Shown here: in pieces, positions 38,297 through 49,715 of the stretch | How positions within the stretch are numbered: position 1 is the stretch's first letter | Layout: each line of letters begins with the position of its first letter | Assembly (NCBI RefSeq): GCF_036971445.1 | Contig: NC_091481.1 | Coordinates: forward strand, 69,130,001 to 69,194,000 | Direction of reading: 5' to 3' | From: Narcine bancroftii | Lineage: Eukaryota | Length of the DNA stretch: 64,000 nt | Translations under genes and position numbers: made by a program | Notes under the pieces: model-generated | Seen by the model: only the letters and a program-made list of their open reading frames with translations | What the model was told of the DNA's origin: nothing | Database searches by the model: none

Positions 38297-38698
38297 AGCC
38301 TTTTCAAACTGCCATGTAAAATGGGGTTAACCGGGCAATTTGCACGGTTAGCGCCCCGGTTACGTGGCAGTTTGAAAGGGTCCAACCGGGTCCCTGACCA
38401 CCTCAGAGGTAGTCAGGGAACCCAGTTTAACCTACCTAGGTCTCGTCCATGGTAGATTTGAAAATGAAAATGGCCAGCCCGCTTATTCTGGTGACGTCAG
38501 TGCGTGCGTTACCGGGCAGCCAGCATCTGAATATCCGGCAGTACTGCATCACTGGGGATGGGATTCCCCCTTAAATTGCTGGATTGGCGATTTAATGGGT
38601 CGATCTCCCTGCGATTTGAAAGGTGCTTTCAGCACCTTTGCCTCAGTAATCACACGCGGGTCCCAGGATTACCCAAGGGTTCCAATTTGAAAGGGGCT
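38297..38698. mobile_element. Harbinger-like MITE
   Basis: AGCCTTTTCAAA ... TTTGAAAGGGGCT inverted termini after TTA; internal repeats of TTTGAAAGG; a similar element near 56840-57127. Confidence 0.6.
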
Positions 38699-39481
38699 AT
38701 TGACTGATGCAAACATATCTAGTTAGAATGGCTTCCTTCTGTGTTATAGAGTCTGCATACACAAAAATGCTGGAGAATCTCAGCAGGTCATGCAGAAGGG
38801 CTCAGCCCCGAAACGTTGATTATGTATCTTTACCATAAAGAATGCTGCATGACCTGTTGAGATCCTCTTGTATAATTTTTTTTGTTCTTCAATGTGTGAA
38901 TGAGAATTTAAAGGTTCCATTATTGTCACATGATACGCCACTTAGAATGTAACACATATGAATTTAAGCTGACTAGCATACATTTTTTAAAGGAACCAAA
39001 GTGCAGAATGACAAGGGAAGCTGAAGAATGTTTAGAAGAAGCCAGCATTTATGGTTTTTAGACTGCAGGCATCTAATGGCACAATCCAGGAATTTTGCCA
39101 CTATACGGCCAGTCTAAAAAGCAATGTGCAAAGAATTTTGAGTCAATTCCTGCACAGCAATCTATCCTTCAGGACCCCTACAACTTTTTGGAGGAAGCAT
39201 GCGGTGTAAATCGTAATGGAAAAACTCGTCAGCAGTCATCCACTCCACTGCGCGACCAACCAGGTACTTGCAGTCTAAAAAGGTGGTCAGTGTGAACAAC
39301 CACAAGGGCAGTAATTATGTTAATTTTTCCCACAATTTTCCCAACATTGGGTGATGAGATAAAATCAGGCGTGAGAGGCTTGTATGGAGCAAACCAGCAT
39401 TTAATCATTGCCTGTCATATGCTAAGTTCAATGTAATATTACTTTGATGACTTTAACATAGAGTTTTCCCTTCATTCTCAG

Positions 39482-39551
39482 CCCAGACTTACCAGAGAAT
39501 GAAGCCACTTTTGCCATTACTGCTGGTGGAATTTGCGATTCAAAGGAGTGA
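39482..39551 (+). CDS. DMC1: DMC1 last coding exon (PDLPENEATFAITAGGICDSKE*)
   Basis: ttctcag| acceptor; TGA at 39549-39551. Confidence 0.97.
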
Positions 39552-39876
39552 GGCATCCAAGCAGAGTTGAGCAAGATGCTTCGAGTTTTCTGGAGATTAG
39601 TAATGATTTAGCTGTTTTTTGAAGTTGATGTTTAATTATTAGTGTACCAAATTAAAAGATTACAATTTACCAGATTTAGAGAAAGATAGCTGTGAAAGAT
39701 CCAGTTCTTTTGTGAAATAGTAAAAATTTTAATATCCAACTATATTTTTATCTCTAGGCTCGTACAAAATTCGGCACACCTAAATTCTTAGAAAGAAATC
39801 TCTTTGGGAGAGAGGCTTTGACGATATTGAAAAATAATGTGATAGTTTCTGTTATGTGCCATGGAACGTGCCATGG

Positions 39877-40230
39877 AATAAATCTACATATCTTTTGTGA
39901 TTTTAGTCTGTACTTGCAGTGTAGGCAGAAATCTACAATGCAACAAAAAAAAAAGGTATAATTTACAGCTTGATGGGATATTACAAAAGCAGTTTCTATT
40001 CTTGGAACAGATGTAGAAGTACATACTTAATACTTGTATAACTTATTGTTAGAGAAAGAACATAATTCATGTGTCCCTTTCCTTCAAAGCTTAGTTGCCA
40101 CATTCTCAGTAGCACCACACGTTGTTAGCTTGTACAGTAGATATATGGAGAAAAGTAGCTTCTACACGATTGAATCTTGTAATGATCACCTTATCAAATA
40201 TCTGTCGTAACAATCTTTTAAATTAATAAA
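39877..40230 (+). terminator. DMC1: Candidate DMC1 polyadenylation signals
   Basis: AATAAA at 39877-39882 and 40225-40230 downstream of the stop codon. Confidence 0.55.
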
Positions 40231-40944
40231 CTCATTCAGTGTGCCAAATTAATGATAAGTGAGCAGTTGTGAATTATATAACATTGAACTGAGAAGGAAC
40301 TAAATCTTAGAATTCAGATGATTGCAAGGTAGGTGAACATAAATTTAATATCAATGAGTGAAATCTTCCTGAACAAGGACTTGCCAACCAAAATCATTAT
40401 CCACATTACCACATTTTTCTTACCTGTGCAAATGCATAGGGTAGAAACTAACTGCTCCTCTGAAATCTGCAGGCATGAAGTGTTGTGAAGCCTTGGGCAG
40501 AATCCAGGAAATGCCTCTGACTGGTTTTGACAGAAGGCAAAGCTGGGGCAGTTATTCATTCCAAATGAATCTCCGTTCATCACGGCAGCATCTGTCACCT
40601 GTCACTCAGTAGGCCCTGGACTTACTAAGAGTACTCATAGGTGTGGGAATTACATCATGCAAAGGGTCGTATGCTGGCAGTTTCCCTTCACACCCAAGAA
40701 GATTGGTCCCTTTTTGTCTTGATTCAAATTATAAAATGATTTGCTAACGAGTCCTTATTCAGTAGACCAATTTTCTATCCCCTCATCCATGCTGTACATT
40801 CTTTTTCAGCTTAGATGTTGGTCATATTGATAACTGACGCAGCAGAATTGGTGGACAGCACTTGTATATGAGAGCTTGTAACAGATCCTATCTTCCTGCT
40901 GATCTTGTCATTTACCATGCTGCTACTTTTGTGATGTCTTGTAT

Positions 40945-41290
40945 TTACTCTGACACCCTGTCAAAGGTCCTATATTTCATATTAAATGGATGGCTCGAGG
41001 CCGAAGCCATTCCTCCTGAATTGAAACCTTATTATACACGGCACAATGAAATATCGATTGAAGATGGTTGATTATTATGGGGGACCAGGACAATTATTTC
41101 TTTCGAAAGGGCAGGCTGTCATGCACCACAATAATCACCCAGAGATGGTTTGAATGAAAGCTCTGGCACACGTGCATGTCTGGTGGCCTTCGATGGACAT
41201 CAATATTGAACAGATGGTCAGGAAATATTGCATTTGTCAGGAGATGCAACCTCAAGCTGAAGCTAACCCATGGAAATGGTCATCGCGAAA
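40945..41290 (+). mobile_element. Decayed Ty3/gypsy pol remnant (integrase zinc-binding region)
   Basis: LSKVLYFILNGW...PELKPYYTRHNEISIEDG*LLWGTR, then MKALARVHVWWPSMDINIEQMV...CICQ across stops and frameshifts. Confidence 0.75.
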
Positions 41291-41657
41291 CCCAAGTCTG
41301 TGTCAAACACAGACTTAATGGTTACATCTATTGTACTTACCAATTGGTGTTGGACACTGGTCAGGTAAACCCATGACGAACCTGTCTCTTAAGGCTTCAT
41401 TTAAGAAAGCACCAAACACAGGTTTCTGACAGTCTACATAATTCAGCCAAATACTCGCTTACAGATTCGCCTGTTTCTGAAATAAAATTTGTCTTTCTGC
41501 GATGACCAGTGGCTTAGGATATAGATGTTCTCCAATTACAGCACACAACTACGCATTTGTTTTTGTACTTGGTCTTTCAGGTGCCAACATTAGTTTAAAT
41601 GTCTTGCTTTCCACTTGGCTCAGAAATTTTCTGCTCAAAATCAATGTGTCAGTAATA

Positions 41658-42882
41658 CAGTGGAACCCTGTCATATCGTGATGGTTTGGGTCCAAAAGAA
41701 ATTGCATCATGAGAAAAAGCAGGGTTGCACTAATGAGGGTTCACAAAAAAAATCAGCATTTTCAAAAAAAAAATCAAAAATGCATGTACAGGTCCATTAT
41801 TGTCACATTTAGAATGTAACATACATGAAATTCCTTAACTTGTCTACTGTAAGGCAGACAACTTTGTCTAGTGCTCCTCACAGCGGAAACCTGCAGCACC
41901 TGATGTTCCTAGGCAGTCTCCCATTGAAGTATTGACCAGTTCTGTACAATACTTGTATTTGCAATTGTCTTTTTACTTCTTAAAAAAGCGATTGTGTGTT
42001 CGTTGTCTGAATGCAGCGTGTCGCTGGCGGCGAGCGAAATCCAAAATGCTTCTGAGCTGGACGATTTTTATGTGGTCCACATCCTGGGTCTCCAGCCAAC
42101 GTAAGCTAGCCTCAAGGTGCTCAATGGCTTCAGACACTTTTGGGGGTGGGGCTGGAGGCTTTTCATTATCATCCTCCCGTGGTTCACATCGATGGGCGTC
42201 ATCTTTACTAGACGGTGTGCGGTCTGGGATCATCGTGTAGCAGAGGCCTGTTTTGTCACAGTTGGGTGCTGGTTCTTTGACGTAGCCACCTTCTGCTAAG
42301 AGAGGTTTTAGTTCTGCCGGGTATTGCCTGGCGGCGGCACTGTCGGCTGAGCGAATTTCTCCAGACACTAACACTTGAGAAATCCCGTGACGGCGTTTAA
42401 ACCGGTCTAGCCATCCATTGCTAGCTTTGAACTGCGAGGTTTCTCCGTTGATCAGCTTGTCAAACATCTTGGCTTGAGCTTTGAGAATAGGCCCGGAAAT
42501 TGGAAGGCCTTCTGAGCGCGCTTGAAGGAACCACTCGTACAGGGAGTCATCGAGGCTGACGTCTTGGGCCGTCTTCATGCGTTTGGCCTTGAGTCCCGCG
42601 TCTTCCTCCACTTTCCAAAGCGATGCGCGTAGCTTTTCCTCCTGAGACTTCCAGCCACGAAGTGTTGATTCCGGTACGCCGAGGTCACGTGCAACTTGGG
42701 TCTGACTTTTATTCTTGATCGCATCAAGGGCGCGAAGCTTATCTTTCACGGAAAAAGCGTTTCGTCTTCTAACAGTGCGATCCATTTTGATAAAAATATT
42801 CAATTCAGGAAAGAGCAAAAAGAAAAGGGTCCAATGGCTCATTGAGTTAAATTCGGATTGGCGTTAAATCCGGGTTCTACTG
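41658..42882 (-). mobile_element. Internally deleted Tigger/pogo-family DNA transposon
   Basis: TA|CAGTGGAACCC (41658) ... GGGTTCTACTG|TA (42882): terminal inverted repeats matching 10/11 plus TA target duplication; encloses a transposase-derived ORF. Confidence 0.85.
41973..42785 (-). CDS. Tigger/CENP-B/JRK-like protein of about 270 aa: HTH_psq-like + HTH_Tnp_Tc5-like + start of DDE region + C-terminal helical region; DDE core deleted in frame
   Basis: Uninterrupted ORF 41973-42842 (likely start MDRTV at 42785); SQTQVARDLGVPESTLRGW; GLPISGPILKAQA; FKASNGWLDRFKRRHGI; NCDKTGLCY resembles NxDETGLF. Confidence 0.8.
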   Translation of the reverse strand: MDRTVRRRNAFSVKDKLRALDAIKNKSQTQVARDLGVPESTLRGWKSQEEKLRASLWKVEEDAGLKAKRMKTAQDVSLDDSLYEWFLQARSEGLPISGPILKAQAKMFDKLINGETSQFKASNGWLDRFKRRHGISQVLVSGEIRSADSAAARQYPAELKPLLAEGGYVKEPAPNCDKTGLCYTMIPDRTPSSKDDAHRCEPREDDNEKPPAPPPKVSEAIEHLEASLRWLETQDVDHIKIVQLRSILDFARRQRHAAFRQRTHNRFFKK

Positions 42883-42884
42883 TA

Positions 42885-43640
42885 TCATGGCCAATTTCTA
42901 TACCTCCAATACACAATAAAAATTTCCCTGTTCCTGGGCTCCAATGGTTTGGCCCATCCCCCCCCCAGGGCCCGACCTCCAATGGTTTGGCTCGTCTCCC
43001 CCCTCGCTGCGCGGGTCACGCGGTCCTCCCCACCGCCCCCTCCCAGCCTGGCCGCGCGCTGATTGGCGGAGCCACTGTGCGCTGCCGCTGACGTCACTGT
43101 TGCTGGGTGGAGTGGGTTCCGGTGGCTGGTCGGTGGAGCGAGCGCTTGACGGACGTTCTCCCTTCGTGGTTTGCCTCAGTCGGAGAATCGGCGGAAAATG
43201 AGAGGTTTTGGCGGTGACCGCGGCCGAGACCGGGGAAGGTAAAGGCGGCGAGCGGGCCGGGCGAGGCCAAGATCCAGAGGCAATGCGACGGCGCCGGGCG
43301 AGGCCCCCTGGGCGGATGGCGGCCGGCAAGCTGCTGCAAGCCGGGGGCTGGAACTATGGTTGTCCTCAACCCGCTTGGTGCGGCCCACGGTTCGGATGAA
43401 CCGGTTCATTCCGGCTGGCGCCGGTCATCGTGAGGTGGTGAAGCTGGGCCCGCCTTCCGTATTTCCCCCGCTCGGATTGGCGGGACGTGCGCCCTCTCGC
43501 ACGATGACTGGTTGAATCGGCTGTCCGTCTGATTGGTTCGATCCCTGTCAATCATCCCAACGTAACACTCCTAGTCTCATCCGGGTCCTTGCCCGAGGCT
43601 CAGTGATGTCATGCAAAGGGCGGAAGTGGGGCATCAGGTT
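42885..43640. promoter_or_regulatory. CpG-island promoter of DDX17 with bidirectional-promoter motifs
   Basis: GC/CpG-rich; CCAAT at 42891, 42941, 42979 and ATTGG at 43062; perfect CRE TGACGTCA 43089-43096; GC box near 43033; ETS-like CGGAAGTG near 43621. Confidence 0.85.
43198..43238 (+). CDS. DDX17: DDX17 coding exon 1 (MRGFGGDRGRDRG)
   Basis: ATG in a CpG island (gaaaATGa), |gtaaag donor; resembles the p72 N-terminus MRGGGFGDRDRDR. Confidence 0.9.
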
Positions 43641-43868
43641 CGAGCCCAACGCAACCAGCTCTGAGTGTGAAACATGGAGGAAGCTGTTTCATTATGCAGT
43701 TTCAGTTTATTGTCATGTAATAAAAACAACGCAATATTACACAAAATCTGTTTTCGTCTGCCTTAAAGCAGACATGTGCCATCGTCAGAAATTCAGGCCA
43801 GTGCTGCCTGAAGACTTGTTTTAATTTTCCACTGTTGTGTAAAGTAAACTAAAACCATAGATACGGAA

Positions 43869-43939
43869 TTCTGAAATAAAAGCCGATGTAGGAAGTATTC
43901 AACTTTCTGAAATAAAAGCCGATGTAGGAAGTATTCAAC
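43869..43939. repeat. 36-bp tandem duplication
   Basis: TTCTGAAATAAAAGCCGATGTAGGAAGTATTCAAC twice. Confidence 0.9.
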
Positions 43940-44960
43940 ATTCAGAATTATTGTCAGAGTCTCACCATGTACAGCCCTGAGATTCATTTTCCTATAGGCC
44001 AGGAATTGTAACTGTAAACTGCACAAGAAGAAAGAATTGTATACAAATGAAAGAAATTTATGCAAACTGCAAATACAGAAAATTAAATATTCAGTTATAA
44101 ATAATGAGCAAAGTAAGAGTTTTTAAATTAAAAAGTTTTTGGTTTTGTATAAAGGTATGAAAAAAATGCAGGCAGGTGCCTGAACAAAATGGTGGGAGGA
44201 GCAGAGGGAGTACAGGAGTACAAAGAGGTGGATGAAGGAGGGCCCTGTGAATGGAGAAGGAAAGGGGTTGAGAGCTGGAGGAAAGAAGTGAAAGTGAAAG
44301 GAGGGAGAACGGAACATAGGCTAGCAGAAACCGGAGAAGTCAATGCCATCTGGTTGGAGAGTGCTCGAACGCACAGTCCAGTGTTGCTCCTCCAATTTAC
44401 ATGTTACTTTGGTGGGATAATACGAGGCCATGGACCCACACATCTGCGCAGGAGTGGGGTGCAGAATTGTAGTAGTTGATAATTTTAAGTGAGAGGGATC
44501 TCCCAAATTGTCTCTGAATGAGTCTATTGTTTAGGAGTCTTTAGGTTGAGGGATAGCAACTATTTTTGAACCTGGAGGTAGGAATTTTGTGGCAAAGGCA
44601 TACAGAAATGCTTGAGGAACCCAGCATCCTAAGGAAGTAAAGATATATTGGCATTTCAGGTTTGTCTCCTTCTTGGTCCCAGCATTTGTGTGTACGTCTT
44701 GCTAGTCACAGTGTCTGCATGCCTTCATGTTTAACAGTAGTATTGAGGCACCTTTATCTCTTTCCTTATAGCGGGTAATAGTAATCATTGAGTTGGTCAG
44801 CATCTGTGGTGATAGAAATGTTTCAGGGAGTATTTCACCATCTATGATGTTTCCTGTTAGTGTTTAATACCGGCCGCCCATGGATTTATTAATCATTGAA
44901 GCTGTCTAGCGTATATAGAATTCTGTGTTCTTTCTTGTGATGGATATGATGTCTCTTCAG

Positions 44961-45117
44961 CAGCAATGGTCCACGGTTTGGTGGAGGCTCATCACTGGGA
45001 AAGAAGTTTGGACAACCTGGAGAGCGGCTTAGAAAGAAGAAGTGGGACTTGGACGAACTGCCAAAATTTGAGAAGAATTTCTATGCAGAGCACCCTGAAG
45101 TGGTTAGATTAAGCCCA
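44961..45117 (+). CDS. DDX17: DDX17 exon 2 (SSNGPRFGGG...KKFGQPGERLRKKKWDLDELPKFEKNFYAEHPEVVRLSP)
   Basis: tcttcag|cag tandem acceptor, |gtaggt donor; DDX5/17 signature peptide. Confidence 0.96.
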
Positions 45118-45535
45118 GTAGGTATCAGTTTATCAGCACGTTCCATGCATTATATTGTGATAAAATACTTATAATTCACACTGCCTACTCCTCTTAAGTT
45201 GGATCCTTGGGTTATGTGATAATACATTTCTCTAGGTGAAAATGGCACAGAACCTTGAGCATAACTATGTTTTTACTTTTATCTGTGTCAAGATCAACTT
45301 TAGTGCTTTGATGGTGTGACAACATGATTGTTGTTTGGTCCTAATGATTTACAATCTGTATTGATTTGCCTTAAGTTTCCAAGTTTATGAAGCTAAGCTA
45401 ATGTGCAGGCTAATTACGACGGCTGATGTTATATTTTTCCTTCTTATTAGAGGCTGAAAATGTAAGGGGACAAGTTTCAAAGAGCTTTGAGATCACACTG
45501 ATGCACTTAGTACCTTACCAATAGTTGCTCGAGAG

Positions 45536-45911
45536 TAGTAGTTTTCAAACTTTTTCTTTTCACTCACATGCCACCTTAAGTAATCCCTATGCCATAGGTG
45601 CTCTGTGATTAGTAAAGGATTACTTAAGGTAGTATGTGAGTGGGGGGGGGAATGTTGAGAACTACTGCTCTAGACCCAATTGTTACTGAAATATTTTGCT
45701 TGAGAAAAATTGTTTTTGGCCCATTTCATTTGGAGTTGTGAAACCATGCTCATAATGAGTTAATTAGGCTTAATTAAAGCAGTGGTTTTCAAACCTTTTT
45801 CTTTCCACTCACATACCATCTTAAGCAAACCCTTAATAATCATAGAGCACCTATGCATAGGGATTGCTTAAGGTGGAATGTGAGTTTAGGGGGACAGTTT
45901 GAAAACCACTG
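45536..45911. mobile_element. hAT/Charlie-like non-autonomous element
   Basis: TAGTAGTTTTCAAAC ... GTTTGAAAACCACTG termini; flanks resemble a CTAGAG-type target site. Confidence 0.75.
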
Positions 45912-46249
45912 CCTAGAGGGAGTGCATCTGTCATACAAGGAGAGTTTCAGTGGACTGGGCTTTTATTCTCCAAGTTTAAGAGAATGAAGTCCATTGAACA
46001 TTAAAAATTCTTACAATGCTCAATAAGGTGGATGCAGGGAGGATAAGTCACCCTGTTTTAGTCTAGGATTTGGGATTACATTCTTCAAATAAAGGTTGGG
46101 TGTCTCAAATAGGAAATTTCAGTTTGAGGTAGATCATGATCTATGAAACACATGCAGTTCAAGTGGTGGTCGAACATATTACATCCTTGTGATTTATGGA
46201 GACTAACTAATGGGATTAAATTTTATTTATTTAAATGACCAAAGCTATG

Positions 46250-48240
46250 ATCTTAAACTACACAAGGAGCAGTTATGACATACAAAAAGACATCTCCTGG
46301 GTGAAGTGGAGGTTCTGGTCAAGAATGAAAATAATGAAGGATACCCAACTGCTGTGACAGGCTCTAAATGATGTAACCTTCCAAAACCAAATCCGGTGCA
46401 GCAGTGGACAACAAGGCGTCATTCCCAGATGAACTCAATACCTTCTACGTCCGATTTGGTCATCCGGACAAGGAAGAACCACTGCACACACCCACATCCC
46501 CTGATGTTATCCTCAATTACTGACAGTAGAGGATGGTGTGGGCTGCATTCAAGAGAGTGAATCTAAGGAAAGCTTCTGGTCCGGAGGGAGTACCCAGCCA
46601 AGTACTGAAAACTTGCGCAGACCAACTTGTGAATGTTAGATATCCTCAACACATTAATCCTGTGTGGTGCTCCCCTGTTTCAAACAGGTCTCAATCATAC
46701 CTGTACCCAAGAAGAATGTGGTAACTTGCCTGAATAACTATCGACCATGGCACTCATATCCTCAGTGAATAAGTGTTTAGAGAGGCTGGTATCTAATCAT
46801 ACCACCAGCTCCTGTTTGAGCGGTGACACGGATCTGTTCCAATTTGCCTACCACAACAAGGTGCCATCTCACTGGCTCTACTCAAAGCCCTGGAACACCT
46901 GAACAGCAAAGACCAGGGTGTTCTTTGTCGACTACAGTTCGGCTTTCAACACCAACATCCGCTCAAGACTGATCAGCAAACTCAAAGACCTAAGCCTCAA
47001 TACCCCATTGTGTAATTAGATCCTGGATTTCCTCACCTCTAGACCACAATCAGTGAGGATTAGAACATTTCTACAATCTTCATCAGTACTGAGCACCACT
47101 TGGCTACGTTCTTAGCCCCTGGTCCACTCTTTGAACACCTATGACTATGGCTTGGTACGACAATAACACCATCTTCAAATTGGCTGACCATACCATATGA
47201 AAGGGGGCGATGAGTCAACATACAGGAGGGAGATTGAAAACTTAGATGAATGGTGTATGAACAACAACCTTGCCCTCACTTGTCACCAAAACCAAGGAGC
47301 TTCAGGAGGGTAAAAGCAGAGGTGTTCAATCCAGTGATTATTGGGGGATAAGAGGTGGAGAGGGTGAGCAAATTTAGATTCTTGGGAGTCACTATCTTGG
47401 ACAGCATTTCCTGGACCCAACACAGAACATTACAGTACAAGCCCTTTGACCTTCAATGTTGTGCCGACCCATGTATTCATTAAAAAAATACTAAACTCTC
47501 AAAAAGAAATTTTAAAAACTAAACTCTCCTTACCCCAGAGACCTCTATTTTTCTTCCATCCATGTGCCTGTCCAAAATCCTCAAATGCTCCTAATGTTTC
47601 AACCTCCACCACCATCCTTGGCAAAGCAGAGTTTTACAACTCTTTAAAAAAAAAAAAAAAAAATCCCCTAATCTTTCCACCCTTCACTTTGTCCTCTGGT
47701 GTTTTCTATTCCTGCCTTGGGAAAAAAGTCACTGGCTGTCCACCCTATCTATGACTCTCAGAATGAACTTTCTAAGGAGTTTGCAAAGGTTTGTATGACA
47801 TGGAAAATCTTAGCAAACATCCGCAGGAAAATAGTGGAAAACTTGCTGACGGGCTGCATCACACCCTGGTATGGGGGGCACCAGATGCAAACACAGCCCA
47901 GGACATCATAGGCAAAACTCTCCCCACCTTTAAGAACATCTGTAGGGAATGCTGCTGTCAGCAGTGATCATCAAGGATCCACACCACCCACCACATGCTC
48001 TGTTCTCACTGCTTCATCAGGAAAGTGGAATAGGTGCCTCAAAACTCGCACAACTGAGTTTGGGAACAGCTGCTACCCCTCTTCCATCAGACTCCTCAAC
48101 AACAAACTCAATCAGGGACTCATTGGTTCTTACTTTACATTATTTATTACTGATTTTTTTTGAATTACAGAATGATTGTTTTCATTTTGTATACATTTAT
48201 CTTTATTTGAGTACAATTTTCTATAGCCTAATCAGGGCTG
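46250..48240 (+). mobile_element. Decayed Rex1/Babar-like LINE (RT to 3' end) with a nested insertion at about 47425-47765
   Basis: VWAAFKRVNLRKASGPEGVPSQVLKTCADQL; FVDYSSAFNT; IIKDPHHPPHALFSLL. Confidence 0.8.
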
Positions 48241-49618
48241 GATATTTTAAGCTCCTAATTTAAAAGAAATGGGAAAGATTGCAAAATTGATTTGCCAAGG
48301 GGTGACCAGAACTGAGCTAGTCATAATCAGAAAAAAAGAATGAAAAGTAAAGACGTGTTTGGATGTTTTCCAAAGGAAAGGTTGCTTCCTTGACAACGAG
48401 GAGCAGGAAGATATTTTGAAAGACATTGAATGGAAGTAAATGTTTATAGACTATCCGCAACAATTGCTTCTGCTCTTTGCTCTGTACTTTATCCTATACT
48501 CTGTGCCTTGTAAGCCTGAACTGTTGAATTTTCTTGAAAAATTTAAGGATCCAACTGAATCAGATTTGGGGAAAATAGTGAGGATCTAGTTGTTTTAAGA
48601 TGAATAAGTGTGTAATTTAACAGATGAAGAAAAAACTTGGAGACACATTTGAGCTGAACATTGAGAGAATACAGATTCCAGTCTACCCAGGACATGGTGT
48701 GCACGTACATATACCGTATGTAAGAAGTACATACGTGATTTACATGAAGTTCTTTATTGCCATTGTAAAAGAAAACCAACGAAATTTTTAAAAACACAGC
48801 CTGCGGTACTCACAAGTAAATCATACAAGAGCATTATATTAAACCCAAAAAAAAGCAGCATTAAAACAATACAAAATACATGAATTGGTGAAGTTTAATT
48901 CTTGAATGGCTCTGGGATAGAAACTGTTCTTGAGTCTGTTCGTCTGTGATTTAATGGATCTATATCGTCCTCCCGAGGGCATTAGGTCAAGCAAATGATA
49001 GCTCGGGTGGGTATGGTTCTTAAGGATATTAGCTGCCTTCCCAATACAGAGAGATCGAAATAAATAAATCCAAAGACAACAAGGAACACCCAATCATCTG
49101 GGTGATTTTGATAAAGATATAATTTCAAATATATATATAAATATTTTTCCAATGATTTACACAGTTACAGGATACCTAGCCTGCGAGAAGAAGCTATTTC
49201 CCAGCCTGGCAGTTCTGATTTTGATGCTCTTGTACCTCCGTGGTAGTTGGTCAAATATACTTTGTGCTGCATATTTCTTTGAACCAGATTTAAGCCATGC
49301 TCTAGTAAATGTCAATAGAGGGGGAAAAAAGACACCAATGATCTTCATGGCCATTTTGATAATCCTCTGGACTGATGCTTTGCAGCTACCATTACCATGC
49401 ATTTATGTAGCCAGACAGGACACTTAATTGTGCTCCAGTAAGATGTTATCAAGATGATATCTGGAAGCCTTGTCCTATTCCACCTCCTTAAGAAGTGTAG
49501 ATGCTGCTGCACCTTCCGGGTAATGAAGTATATTCTCACTAAATTATTTGTCCTCCTCTGTTGGTGATAAAGAACTTGGGTGAGTGGATGTGCTAATTTA
49601 GATTTTTTTTCTTGGCAG

Positions 49619-49715
49619 TATGATGTGGAGGACTTTCGTCGAAAGAAAGAAATTACCACCAAGGGAACCGACTGCCCAAAGCCAGTGTTCCAGTTTCATC
49701 AAGCCAATTTCCCTT
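49619..49715 (+). CDS. DDX17: DDX17 exon 3 (YDVEDFRRKKEITTKGTDCPKPVFQFHQANFP)
   Basis: ttggcag| ... |gtgagt. Confidence 0.96.

Noticed and set aside
42858-43551. Multiple overlapping ORFs over the CpG island
   Set aside because: Expected stop-codon scarcity in GC-rich DNA; only the 41-nt DDX17 exon has splice and homology support.
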